DNA from: Herminiimonas sp. | Lineage (GTDB): Bacteria; Pseudomonadota; Gammaproteobacteria; Burkholderiales; Burkholderiaceae_D | Assembly (NCBI GenBank): GCA_027310305.1 | Contig: DAIDBD010000008.1 | Span: 8,137-32,136 of the forward strand | Direction of reading: 5' to 3' | DNA: 24,000 nucleotides | Shown: one piece after another, positions 14,807-23,832 of the stretch | Position numbering within the stretch: the first letter of the stretch is position 1 | Layout: each line of letters starts with the position of its first letter | Notes under the pieces: model-generated | Databases searched by the model: none | Seen by the model: only the letters and a program-made list of their open reading frames with translations | Told to the model about the DNA's origin: nothing | Position numbers and translations under genes: made by a program

Positions 14807-15805
14807 ATGTACGCACAATTGGTTGAAACCGGCGCCCGGCAGATTCGTTCGCCGGACGACATGAGCTCCGAAGAAAGGGCGTTCCAGCAAAGAATCGATG
14901 CCGGCATCAAGATCGAGCCGAAGGACTGGATGACCGAAGGCTACCGCAAGACATTGATCCGCCAGATTTCGCAGCATGCGCATTCCGAAATCGTCGGGCA
15001 ACTGCCGGAAAGCAACTGGGTAACGCGCGCGCCGACGCTGAAACGCAAATCCATCCTGCTGGCAAAAATCCAGGACGAAGCCGGCCACGGCCTTTATCTG
15101 TACAGCGCCGCCGAAACGCTCGGCGTGTCGCGCGACCAGTTGCTGGGCGACCTGCATTCCGGCAAGGCGAAATATTCCAGCATCTTCAATTACCCGACGC
15201 TGACCTGGGCCGACATGGGCGCGATCGGCTGGCTGGTCGACGGTTCCGCGATCATCAACCAGATCCCGCTATGCCGCTGTTCCTACGGCCCGTACGCGCG
15301 CGCAATGGTGCGCGTGTGCAAGGAAGAATCGTTCCATGCACGCCAGGGCTACGACATCATGCTGGCGCTGTCGCGCGGCACGCCGGAACAAAAGCGGATG
15401 GCGCAGGATGCGCTGAACCGCTGGTGGTGGCCGTCGCTGATGATGTTCGGGCCATCGGACGCCGAGTCGGTCAATAGCGCGCAGTCGTCGCAGTGGCGCA
15501 TCAAGCTGTTTTCCAACGACGAGCTGCGCCAGAAAATGGTCGACCAGACCGTGCCGCAGGCGCAGTTTCTCGGGCTGACGGTGCCCGATCCGGATCTGAA
15601 ATGGAATGCCGAAACCGGGCATTTCACATTCGGCGCAATCGATTGGACCGAGTTCAATAATGTGCTGCGCGGAAACGGCCCGTGCAATCGCGATCGGCTG
15701 CGCACGCGCGTAAAAGCCTATGAAGATGGCGCATGGTTTCGCGACGGCTTGAATGCGTATGCCGACAAGCAGGCCGCCAAGGTGCTCGAACCCCAGGCTG
15801 CCTGA
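14807..15805 (+). CDS. paaA: 1,2-phenylacetyl-CoA epoxidase subunit A
   Basis: 332-aa ORF with GAAGGAAAG upstream. The ferritin-like di-iron motifs QDEAGHGLY and EESFHARQG are present, and overall similarity to PaaA is strong. Confidence 0.9.
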   Translation: MYAQLVETGARQIRSPDDMSSEERAFQQRIDAGIKIEPKDWMTEGYRKTLIRQISQHAHSEIVGQLPESNWVTRAPTLKRKSILLAKIQDEAGHGLYLYSAAETLGVSRDQLLGDLHSGKAKYSSIFNYPTLTWADMGAIGWLVDGSAIINQIPLCRCSYGPYARAMVRVCKEESFHARQGYDIMLALSRGTPEQKRMAQDALNRWWWPSLMMFGPSDAESVNSAQSSQWRIKLFSNDELRQKMVDQTVPQAQFLGLTVPDPDLKWNAETGHFTFGAIDWTEFNNVLRGNGPCNRDRLRTRVKAYEDGAWFRDGLNAYADKQAAKVLEPQAA

Positions 15806-15823
15806 AACAGACAAGGAAATCAG

Positions 15824-16108
15824 ATGAGCAAGGAATGGCCATTGTGGGAAGTATTCATCCGCAGCCAGCACGGTCTGGCGCACAAGCATGTCGGCAGCCT
15901 GCATGCGCCCGATGCGGAAATGGCGGTCAACAACGCGCGCGACGTGTACACCCGGCGCAATGAAGGCGTCAGCATCTGGGTGGTGAAAGCGGCCGACATC
16001 ACCGCCAGCAGCCCGAGCGACAAGGCGGCGCTGTTCGAGCCGGCCAGCAGCAAGGTGTATCGGCATCCGACATTTTTTCCGATGCCCGATGAAGTCAAGA
16101 ATCTGTAG
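15824..16108 (+). CDS. paaB: 1,2-phenylacetyl-CoA epoxidase subunit B
   Basis: 94-aa ORF: MSKEWPLWEVFIRSQHGLAHKHVGSLHAPD...VYRHPTFF. This is the characteristic PaaB sequence and size. Confidence 0.9.
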   Translation: MSKEWPLWEVFIRSQHGLAHKHVGSLHAPDAEMAVNNARDVYTRRNEGVSIWVVKAADITASSPSDKAALFEPASSKVYRHPTFFPMPDEVKNL

Positions 16109-16116
16109 GACATTTC

Positions 16117-16872
16117 ATGCAGGATGACAAATTCAACTACCTGATGCGGCTTGGCGACAATGCGCTGATCCTGAGCCAGCGGCTGTCGCAGTGGTGCGGC
16201 AAAGGGCCGGCGCTGGAAGAGGATATGGCGCTGACCAACGTCGCGCTGGATTTGCTCGGTCAGGCGCGCCTTTGGTTTTCCTATGCGGCCGAGATCGAAG
16301 GGACAGGGCGCGATGAAGACCAGCTTGCGTTCCTGCGCGACGCGCATGATTTTCACAATCTGCTGCTGGTAGAACAGCCGAACGGCAGTTACGCCGATAC
16401 GCTGGCGCGCCAATTCTATTTCGATGCGTGGCATTATTTTCTGCAACAGGCACTGGCGCGCTCATCGGATGCGCGCATCGCGGAGATCGCTGAAAAGTCG
16501 CTGAAGGAAGTCAGCTATCACGTCCGGCGCAGCGGCGACCTGATCGTGCGGTTGGGCGATGGCAGCCCGGAAAGCCATGACCGGATGCAGGCCGCGCTGA
16601 ACGACTTGTGGATGTTTACCGGCGAAATGTTTCAGGCCGACGCAGTCGATCATGCAATGACGGCGAGCGGCATTGCACCGGAACCTGCGAGCCTGCACGC
16701 GGCATGGCTGGCGCATGTGCGCGAGATTTTCGACGAGGCGACGCTGGCATTGCCGCCGGTCGATGCATGGATGCAGCAGGGCGGGCGGCAGGGCGTGCAT
16801 ACCGAGCATCTCGGCTACCTGCTGGCTGAAATGCAGTTTTTGCAACGCGCTTATCCAGGGGCGCAGTGGTGA
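16117..16872 (+). CDS. paaC: 1,2-phenylacetyl-CoA epoxidase subunit C
   Basis: 251-aa ORF at the position of paaC. The N-terminus YLMRLGDNALILSQRLSQWCGKGPALEEDMALTNVALDLLGQAR is typical of PaaC. Confidence 0.9.
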   Translation: MQDDKFNYLMRLGDNALILSQRLSQWCGKGPALEEDMALTNVALDLLGQARLWFSYAAEIEGTGRDEDQLAFLRDAHDFHNLLLVEQPNGSYADTLARQFYFDAWHYFLQQALARSSDARIAEIAEKSLKEVSYHVRRSGDLIVRLGDGSPESHDRMQAALNDLWMFTGEMFQADAVDHAMTASGIAPEPASLHAAWLAHVREIFDEATLALPPVDAWMQQGGRQGVHTEHLGYLLAEMQFLQRAYPGAQW

Positions 16873-17387
16873 CCGATCTGGTGATGACGGCGCCTGCGAT
16901 CGAGCAGGTATGGGCATGGCTGCATGACGTGCCCGATCCGGAAATTCCGGCGATCTCGATAATCGATCTCGGCATCGTGCGCGACGTTGCATGGAACGAA
17001 GGCGAGTGCGTCGTGACGATCACGCCGACGTACTCCGGCTGCCCCGCGATGGCGGTGATTGCGGAAGCGATCGAGCAGGCACTGAAGAACCACGGCATCG
17101 AACAGATCCGGCTAACAACGCAATTATCGCCGGCATGGACCACCGACTGGATGACCGACAGCGGCAAGACCAAGCTGAAAGGCTATGGCATCGCGCCGCC
17201 GGCGCAACAGGCAATCGACATCAGCGGCATCAGCCGCCGCAACGCACCTGCTGTTCCGGCTGTAGCCTGCCCCCATTGCGGATCGGGCAACACGCGCTGC
17301 ACCAGTCAGTTCGGTTCCACGCCATGCAAGGCGCTGTACCAGTGCATCGATTGCCGCGAACCGTTCGATTATTTCAAGTGTCATTGA
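16866..17387 (+). CDS. paaD: Phenylacetate-CoA oxygenase subunit PaaD (PaaJ in Pseudomonas naming)
   Basis: 173-aa ORF overlapping the paaC stop. It has a MIP18/SUF-like domain (DVPDPEIPAISIIDLGIVRDV) and a C-terminal Cys cluster (CPHCGS...CIDCREPF). The start is uncertain: GTG 16866, GTG 16869 or ATG 16884. Confidence 0.85.
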   Translation: MVTDLVMTAPAIEQVWAWLHDVPDPEIPAISIIDLGIVRDVAWNEGECVVTITPTYSGCPAMAVIAEAIEQALKNHGIEQIRLTTQLSPAWTTDWMTDSGKTKLKGYGIAPPAQQAIDISGISRRNAPAVPAVACPHCGSGNTRCTSQFGSTPCKALYQCIDCREPFDYFKCH

Positions 17388-17393
17388 GATCCG

Positions 17394-18470
17394 ATGAGCA
17401 AGTTTCATGCATTGAAAATATCGAACGTGGAGCGCGAAACGCGCGATGCCATCGTGGTCACGTTTGCCGTGCCGTCCGAACTGAAAGAAACGTTCCGCTA
17501 CAGCCAGGGCCAGCATCTTACGTTGCGTACCGAGATCGCCGGCGACGATGTGCGCCGCTCTTATTCGATCTGCTCGGCAGTGCAGGATAACGTGCTGCGC
17601 GTGGCGATCAAGCGGGCGCCGGGCGGCGCGTTTTCCACCTGGGCCAATGACACGCTGACGCCCGGCGCGACAGTCGATGTGATGCCGCCAATGGGGCACT
17701 TCAATACACCGTTGTCACCCGATCATCGCAAGCACTATCTGGCCTTCGCGGCAGGCAGCGGCATCACCCCGCTGCTATCGATCATCAAGACCACGCTGAT
17801 GGCCGAACCGCACAGCAGGTTCACGCTGTTTTACGGCAACCGCGCATCGTCTACCATTATTTTCAAGAACGAACTGTCCGATCTGAAGGACACCTATCTC
17901 GACCGTTTCAACCTTGTTTATGTGATGAGCCGCGAGCAGCAGGATATCGAGTTGTTCAACGGCCGCATCACCGGCGAAAAATGCGCAGCGTTCTTCAAGC
18001 AGTGGATCGCGCTGGACGATATCGATACCGCTTTCATCTGCGGCCCGGAAGACATGATGCATGGCGTATCGGCCGCGTTGCAGGCGCACGGCATGCCGAA
18101 AGAGAGCATCCGCATCGAACTGTTCGCCGCCAGCATTCCGAGGCATAAGCATGTCGCGCACGCGCGCCCGGCGATCGGCCGGCAGCAATGCGAAGTGACG
18201 CTGATCATGGATGGCCGGCACAGCAGCTTCATCATGGAAAAAGACAAGGAATCGGTGCTCGAAGCGGGCCTGCGGCAAGGCTTCGACATGCGCTATTCAT
18301 GCAAGGGCGGCGTTTGCTCCACCTGCCGCTGCAAGGTGATCGACGGCAAGGTCGACATGGACGTGAATTATGCACTGGAAGATTACGAGATTGCGCGCGG
18401 CTTCGTGCTGAGCTGCCAGAGTTTTCCGGCGACCGACAAGGTGGTGCTGGACTTTGATCAGGACACTTGA
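17394..18470 (+). CDS. paaE: Phenylacetate-CoA oxygenase reductase subunit (FNR-like domain plus plant-type 2Fe-2S)
   Basis: 358-aa ORF. The flavin-binding RRSYSI and NAD-binding AAGSGITP motifs are present, with a C-terminal CKGGVCSTCRC...C ferredoxin motif. Confidence 0.9.
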   Translation: MSKFHALKISNVERETRDAIVVTFAVPSELKETFRYSQGQHLTLRTEIAGDDVRRSYSICSAVQDNVLRVAIKRAPGGAFSTWANDTLTPGATVDVMPPMGHFNTPLSPDHRKHYLAFAAGSGITPLLSIIKTTLMAEPHSRFTLFYGNRASSTIIFKNELSDLKDTYLDRFNLVYVMSREQQDIELFNGRITGEKCAAFFKQWIALDDIDTAFICGPEDMMHGVSAALQAHGMPKESIRIELFAASIPRHKHVAHARPAIGRQQCEVTLIMDGRHSSFIMEKDKESVLEAGLRQGFDMRYSCKGGVCSTCRCKVIDGKVDMDVNYALEDYEIARGFVLSCQSFPATDKVVLDFDQDT

Positions 18471-18512
18471 GATTCACGATCAACATTTACGTAAACCATT
18501 ACGGAGCAGACA

Positions 18513-19304
18513 ATGACCTATCAGAATATCCTGTTCGAAATCAGCGACGGCATCGCGCGGCTGACGCTGAACCGGCCCGATAAGCTGAACAGTTTCACGG
18601 TAGCGATGCATCTTGAACTGCGCGAAGCGCTTGCCACGATCAAGGCCGATGCATCGGTGCGCGTACTGGTGTTGACCGGTGCCGGGCGCGGCTTTTGCGC
18701 GGGGCAGGATCTGGCGGACCTGGCCGGTGCGCCGGGCAAGCCGGCCGCCGATCTCGGCCATGTGATTGGTGAATATTACGGACCGCTGGTGCTGGCGTTA
18801 CGCGCATTGCCGTTTCCGGTAATCTGCGCCGTCAACGGTGTGGCAGCCGGCGCCGGCGCCAATATCGCGCTGGCATGCGACATCGTGCTGGCTGCCCGCT
18901 CGGCCAGCTTTGCCGAAGTGTTCTGCAAGCTCGGATTACTGCCCGATACCGGCGGCACTTACTTTTTGCCGCGCCTGGTCGGATCGGCGCGCGCGATGGG
19001 ATTGTCGATGCTGGGTGACAAGCTCTCCGCCGAACGCGCGGAGAACTGGGGACTGATCTGGAAATGCGTCGATGACGACAAGCTGGCGCAGGAAACCGAT
19101 GCGCTGGCGCGGCATTTCGCTTCCGCGCCGACCAAGGGACTGGCGTACATGAAGAAGGCGTTGCAGGCCAGCGGCGAGCACACGCTGGCGCAGCAGCTTG
19201 ATCTGGAACGCGACCTGATGCGCGAACTCGGCGACAGCGACGATTACCATGAAGGCGTCAACGCATTCCTGGAAAAGCGCGCGCCGCAATTCAAGGGAAA
19301 ATAA
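18513..19304 (+). CDS. paaG: 2-(1,2-epoxy-1,2-dihydrophenyl)acetyl-CoA isomerase (crotonase family)
   Basis: 263-aa ORF collinear with E. coli PaaG as I recall it. Shared segments include LTGAGRGFCAGQDL, ICAVNGVAAGAGA, QLDLERD and the C-terminal FLEKRAPQFKGK. Confidence 0.85.
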   Translation: MTYQNILFEISDGIARLTLNRPDKLNSFTVAMHLELREALATIKADASVRVLVLTGAGRGFCAGQDLADLAGAPGKPAADLGHVIGEYYGPLVLALRALPFPVICAVNGVAAGAGANIALACDIVLAARSASFAEVFCKLGLLPDTGGTYFLPRLVGSARAMGLSMLGDKLSAERAENWGLIWKCVDDDKLAQETDALARHFASAPTKGLAYMKKALQASGEHTLAQQLDLERDLMRELGDSDDYHEGVNAFLEKRAPQFKGK

Positions 19305-19329
19305 GCTGCGCATGCGGGAAGCCGATACG

Positions 19330-19809
19330 ATGAATAAAATGACGGAAGACCCGGGCATGAATCCGCAGGCATTGGCGCAAGCGACGGCGGATGTAATGGT
19401 TGCACGCGATCGTGCATCGCAAGCGCTGGGCATGAAGCTGCTGGAAGTCGCACCCGGTTTTGCAAAAATGTCGATGCCGGTGCGGCAAGACATGTTGAAC
19501 GGACATGGAACCTGTCACGGCGGCTTCATCTTCACGCTTGCCGACAGTGCATTTGCGTTCGCCTGCAACAGCCGCAATCTGAATACGGTCGCATCGGGCT
19601 GCGCGATCGATTATCTTGCGCCGGGTGTCGAAGGCGATGTGCTGGTTGCGGAAGCGATCGAGCAGGCGCTGTCAGGCCGGACCGGCGTGTATGACGTCAC
19701 CGTAACCAATCAGGATGGAAAACGGATTGCGCTGTTTCGCGGGAAATCGCACCAGATCAAGGGCGAGGTCATCCCGGCACCGGTAGAGGGTGGACAGGCG
19801 CTAACATGA
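19330..19809 (+). CDS. paaI: Hydroxyphenylacetyl-CoA thioesterase (hotdog fold)
   Basis: The conserved HGGFIFTLADSAFAFA core is present. The start is uncertain. ATG 19330 has GGGAAG upstream, ATG 19312 is also possible, and the track start 19249 overlaps paaG and is unlikely. Confidence 0.8.
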   Translation: MNKMTEDPGMNPQALAQATADVMVARDRASQALGMKLLEVAPGFAKMSMPVRQDMLNGHGTCHGGFIFTLADSAFAFACNSRNLNTVASGCAIDYLAPGVEGDVLVAEAIEQALSGRTGVYDVTVTNQDGKRIALFRGKSHQIKGEVIPAPVEGGQALT

Positions 19810-19857
19810 CGACACGATGCCCGCTGCGGCAAGCGGATTGAAAACAAGGAGACGTGC

Positions 19858-21174
19858 ATGCCACAACGAACACCCGCCCCCGGCGAGCTGGAGCCGATCG
19901 AGCGTGCCGGCAAGGACGAACTGCAGGCATTGCAGTTGCAGCGCATGCAATGGTCGTTGCGCCATGCATACGACAATGTGCCGCATTACCGGACATCGTT
20001 CGATGCCGCCGGCGTTCATCCGGATGATCTGAAGACGCTGGCCGATCTGTCGAAATTTCCGTTTACCGGCAAGAAGGATTTGCGCGACAACTATCCGTTC
20101 GGCATGTTCGCGGTGCCGCGCGAACAGGTGGTGCGGATTCATGCATCGAGCGGCACCACCGGCAAGCCGACCGTGGTCGGCTACACCAAGAACGACATCG
20201 ATACCTGGTCGCATGTGATGGCGCGTTCGATCCGCGCATCGGGCGGCCGCGCCGGCGACATCGTCCATGTTGCCTACGGCTATGGCCTTTTCACTGGCGG
20301 CCTCGGTGCGCATTACGGCGCCGAGAAACTGGGTTGCACCGTGATCCCGGTGTCGGGCGGCCAGACCGAAAAGCAGGTGCAATTGATCCAGGATTTCAAG
20401 CCGGACATCATCATGGTCACGCCGTCCTACATGCTGGTCCTGATCGAGGAGATGGCGCGGCAGGGAATCGATGCGACCGACACGTCGCTGAAGATCGGCA
20501 TATTCGGCGCGGAGCCGTGGACCGATGCGATGCGCGCCGAGATCGAGGCGCGCGCCGGCATCGATGCGGTCGATATCTATGGCCTGTCGGAAGTGATGGG
20601 GCCGGGCGTGGCCAACGAATGCATCGAGAGCAAGGATGGCCCGGTGATCTGGGAAGACCATTTTTATCCGGAGATCGTCGATCCCGATACCGGCGAAGTA
20701 TTGCCCGATGGCGAGGAAGGCGAGCTGGTGTTTACATCGCTGACCAAGGAAGCGCTGCCGATCATCCGTTACCGCACGCGCGACCTGACGCGGCTGTTGC
20801 CGCCGACCTCGCGCTCGATGCGGCGCATGGGCAAGATCACCGGCCGCTCCGACGACATGCTGATCATCCGCGGTGTTAACTTGTTTCCGACCCAGATCGA
20901 GGAACTGATCCTGAAGCAGGTTCAACTGGCGCCGCAATATCAGTTGCTGGTCACGCGTGAAGGCCATCTGGACCGGCTCGATGTGATGACCGAGTTGCGC
21001 GCCGAATTGTCGGGCACCTTGTCGGCGCTGGAGACCGACGCGATCAGCCACCAGCTGGAGCACCTGATCAAGACCTATGCCGGCGTCACGACCAAAGTGA
21101 CCGTGCTGGCATCGGACAGCATTGAACGCACGCTGACAGGTAAAGCCAGGCGCGTGATCGACAAGCGTAATTAA
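19858..21174 (+). CDS. paaK: Phenylacetate-CoA ligase
   Basis: 438-aa ORF with AAGGAGA upstream. It has the PaaK-type N-terminal domain and the AMP-binding loop IHASSGTTGKPTVVGYT. Both size and sequence are typical of PaaK. Confidence 0.9.
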   Translation: MPQRTPAPGELEPIERAGKDELQALQLQRMQWSLRHAYDNVPHYRTSFDAAGVHPDDLKTLADLSKFPFTGKKDLRDNYPFGMFAVPREQVVRIHASSGTTGKPTVVGYTKNDIDTWSHVMARSIRASGGRAGDIVHVAYGYGLFTGGLGAHYGAEKLGCTVIPVSGGQTEKQVQLIQDFKPDIIMVTPSYMLVLIEEMARQGIDATDTSLKIGIFGAEPWTDAMRAEIEARAGIDAVDIYGLSEVMGPGVANECIESKDGPVIWEDHFYPEIVDPDTGEVLPDGEEGELVFTSLTKEALPIIRYRTRDLTRLLPPTSRSMRRMGKITGRSDDMLIIRGVNLFPTQIEELILKQVQLAPQYQLLVTREGHLDRLDVMTELRAELSGTLSALETDAISHQLEHLIKTYAGVTTKVTVLASDSIERTLTGKARRVIDKRN

Positions 21175-21186
21175 AAGGAGCAGGAC

Positions 21187-22146
21187 ATGACGAAAAAATT
21201 CGCATCGCAAGCCGACCTCGAAGAAAAGAAAACCAGCTTCATCAAGCTATCCGACAACGCCTATGCCTACACTGCGGAAGGCGATCCGAATTCCGGCGTC
21301 ATCATCGGCGACGACAGCGTGATGGTGATCGACACCACCGCGACGCCGATCATGGCGCAGGCGCTGATCGCGCACATTCGCTCGGTCACCGACCTGCCGA
21401 TCAAGTATGTCGTGCTGTCGCATTACCATGCGGTGCGCGTGCTCGGCGCATCGGCCTATGCCGCCGAAGGCGCGCAGCAGGTCATCGCGTCGCGCGGCAC
21501 TCATGAAATGATCGTCGAGCGCGGCGCGCAGGACATGCAATCCGAGATCGAACGTTTTCCTCGCCTGTTTGCCGGCGTCGAATCCGTGCCCGGCCTGACC
21601 TGGCCGACCATGGTATTTGACAAGGAAATGGCGATCTTCATGGGCAAGCTCGAAGTGAGGCTGATGCATATCGGCATGGGCCATACCAAGGGCGATACCA
21701 TCGCATGGATACCGTCGCAGAAAATCTGTTTTTCCGGCGACCTGGTCGAATACGACGCGGCCGCTTATACCGGCGATGCGCAACTGGAAGAATGGCCGGT
21801 CACGCTGGAAGCGCTGCGCGCGCTCGACGCGGAAAAGCTGGTACCGGGCCGCGGCCCGGCGTTGATGAATCCGGCCGAAGTCAATGCCGGCATCGATTAC
21901 ACCAAAGACTTCGTCACCACCTTGCTGCAGAGCGCGAAAGAAGCGGTCGCCGCCGGCAAATCGCTGAAGGAAGCGATGGCGCATGCGCGCAGCAGGATGG
22001 ACCCGAAATTCGGCCATGTATTCATCTATGAGCATTGCCTGCCGTTCGACGTCACGCGCGCGGTCGATGAAGCCGGCGGCATCAAGCACCCGCGCATCTG
22101 GACCGCCGAGCGCGACAAGGAAATGTGGCATGCGTTGCAAAACTGA
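21187..22146 (+). CDS. MBL-fold protein with a non-canonical metal motif
   Basis: 319-aa ORF starting 12 nt after paaK, with AAGGAGCAGGAC upstream. It shows the MBL fold pattern (VMVIDTTATP..., HIGMGHTKGDT, CFSGDLVEY). The HxHxDH motif reads HYHAVR (21421-21438) and the usual PGHGP reads PGRGP (21841-21858). Confidence 0.75.
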   Translation: MTKKFASQADLEEKKTSFIKLSDNAYAYTAEGDPNSGVIIGDDSVMVIDTTATPIMAQALIAHIRSVTDLPIKYVVLSHYHAVRVLGASAYAAEGAQQVIASRGTHEMIVERGAQDMQSEIERFPRLFAGVESVPGLTWPTMVFDKEMAIFMGKLEVRLMHIGMGHTKGDTIAWIPSQKICFSGDLVEYDAAAYTGDAQLEEWPVTLEALRALDAEKLVPGRGPALMNPAEVNAGIDYTKDFVTTLLQSAKEAVAAGKSLKEAMAHARSRMDPKFGHVFIYEHCLPFDVTRAVDEAGGIKHPRIWTAERDKEMWHALQN

Positions 22147-22149
22147 GTC

Positions 22150-23820
22150 ATGCAAGACTATCAAAAGCTGGTATTCGACTATGTAAAATCGGCCGATCAT
22201 CATGCCGATGCGCCGGCGCGTTATCCGGTGGTTGTGGTCGGCGCCGGCCCGGTAGGATTGACCACGGCCATCGATCTGGCGCAGCAGGGCGTGCCAACGA
22301 TACTGCTGGACGATGACAACAAGCTTTCGAGCGGATCGCGCGCGATCTGTTTTGCCAAGCGCACACTGGAAATATTCGATCGGCTGCAATGCTGCGAGCC
22401 GATGGTTGCCAAGGGCGTCAGCTGGAATGTCGGCAAGGTTTTTTTTCAGGACGAAGCGGTCTACAGCTTCAACCTGCTGCCGGAAGCGGGGCACCGGCAT
22501 CCTGCCTTCATCAATCTGCAGCAATATTATGTCGAAGGTTTTCTGCATGAACGGGCGCAGCAGATTCCCGGTCTCGATATCCGCTGGCAGCACAAGGTAA
22601 TCGGACTGTCTCAACCGGACGATTGCGTTGAACTGTCGGTGGAAACGCCCGATGGCGTCGTCAAGTTGCGTGCCGATTATGTGGTGGCGGCAGACGGTGT
22701 GCGCAGCCCGGTGCGCGGGTTGATGGGACTGGAAAGCCAGGGCCGGGTGTTCAGGGATCGGTTCCTGATCGCCGACGTGAAAATGAAAGCCGAATTCCCT
22801 ACCGAGCGCTGGTTCTGGTTCGATCCGCCATTCCATCCGAACCAGTCGGTACTGCTGCACCGGCAACCCGACAACGTGTGGCGCATCGACTTTCAGTTGG
22901 GATGGGATGCCGATCCGGTTGCCGAGAAACTGCCGGAGCGCGTCATTCCGCGCATCAAGGCCTTGCTCGGCAATGAGGTCGAATTCGAACTCGAATGGGT
23001 CAGCATCTATACCTTTTCCTGTCTGCGCATGGAAAAATTCCGCCATGGCCGCGTTCTTTTCGCAGGCGATGCGGCCCACTGCGTATCACCCTTCGGCGCG
23101 CGCGGCGCCAACAGCGGCGTGCAGGATGCCGACAACCTTGCGTGGAAACTGAAGCTGGTGTTGAGCGGCAACGCGCCGGAAGCGCTGCTCGATACCTATG
23201 CCGGCGAACGTGAATTTGCCGCCGATGAAAATATTGTCAATTCCACCCGCGCCACCGATTTCATCACGCCGAAAAGCGCGGTCAGCCGACTATTCCGCGA
23301 CGCCGTTCTGAAGCTGTCGAAAGAGCATGCATTCGCCCGCAAGCTGGTCAACAGCGGCCGGCTGTCGATACCGTCGACCTATGTCGACTCGGTTCTCAAT
23401 ACGCCGGATGCTGATGATTTTTCAGGTGCGATGGTGCCCGGCGCGCCCTGCACCGATGCACCGGTTACGATGCAGGGAGAGGCGGGCTGGTTGCTGCCGC
23501 ATATCGGCGGCGAATTCAACGGAATCTATTTTTGGGACGGCAACCCGGCTGGCAGCAACTCGATTTCCGTATTGCGTCTTTTATGCGACAGCAATTTTCC
23601 GGTAAGGCCGGTAGTCATCGTGCCCGGCGGAACGCGACATGCCGACTTCAATGACATTACAGTACTGGAAGACACCAGCGGCCTGCTCGCGCAACGCTTC
23701 GACGCACGAGCCGACACCTTTTATCTGCTGCGCCCGGACCAGCATGTCTGCGCACGTTGGCGCGCGCTCGATATCGATCAGGTGCAGGCGGCAATCGCGC
23801 GCGCGACCTGCAATAGCTGA
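22150..23820 (+). CDS. Class A FAD-dependent aromatic-ring hydroxylase (MhpA/PheA-like, with a C-terminal thioredoxin-like domain)
   Basis: 556-aa ORF starting 3 nt after the MBL stop. Three flavoprotein monooxygenase fingerprints are present: GxGxxG (VVVGAGPVGL), DG (AADGVRSPVR) and GD (FAGDAAHCVSPFGARGANSGVQDADNLAWKL). Confidence 0.85.
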   Translation: MQDYQKLVFDYVKSADHHADAPARYPVVVVGAGPVGLTTAIDLAQQGVPTILLDDDNKLSSGSRAICFAKRTLEIFDRLQCCEPMVAKGVSWNVGKVFFQDEAVYSFNLLPEAGHRHPAFINLQQYYVEGFLHERAQQIPGLDIRWQHKVIGLSQPDDCVELSVETPDGVVKLRADYVVAADGVRSPVRGLMGLESQGRVFRDRFLIADVKMKAEFPTERWFWFDPPFHPNQSVLLHRQPDNVWRIDFQLGWDADPVAEKLPERVIPRIKALLGNEVEFELEWVSIYTFSCLRMEKFRHGRVLFAGDAAHCVSPFGARGANSGVQDADNLAWKLKLVLSGNAPEALLDTYAGEREFAADENIVNSTRATDFITPKSAVSRLFRDAVLKLSKEHAFARKLVNSGRLSIPSTYVDSVLNTPDADDFSGAMVPGAPCTDAPVTMQGEAGWLLPHIGGEFNGIYFWDGNPAGSNSISVLRLLCDSNFPVRPVVIVPGGTRHADFNDITVLEDTSGLLAQRFDARADTFYLLRPDQHVCARWRALDIDQVQAAIARATCNS

Positions 23821-23832
23821 ATGGGAAAAGCG

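Noticed and set aside
22439-22446. T8 homopolymer inside the FAD hydroxylase gene (and T7 runs at about 8470 and 13140) as possible slippage or phase-variation sites
   Set aside because: The reading frames are intact across them (GKVFFQDE), the tracts are short, and nothing suggests phase-variable genes.
19801-23079. 469-aa (19801-21210) and 610-aa (21247-23079) minus-strand ORFs
   Set aside because: They are antisense to paaK, the MBL-fold gene and the FAD hydroxylase, all of which have strong family motifs on the + strand. Their composition is Arg/His/Gln/Ala-biased, so they are shadow ORFs.
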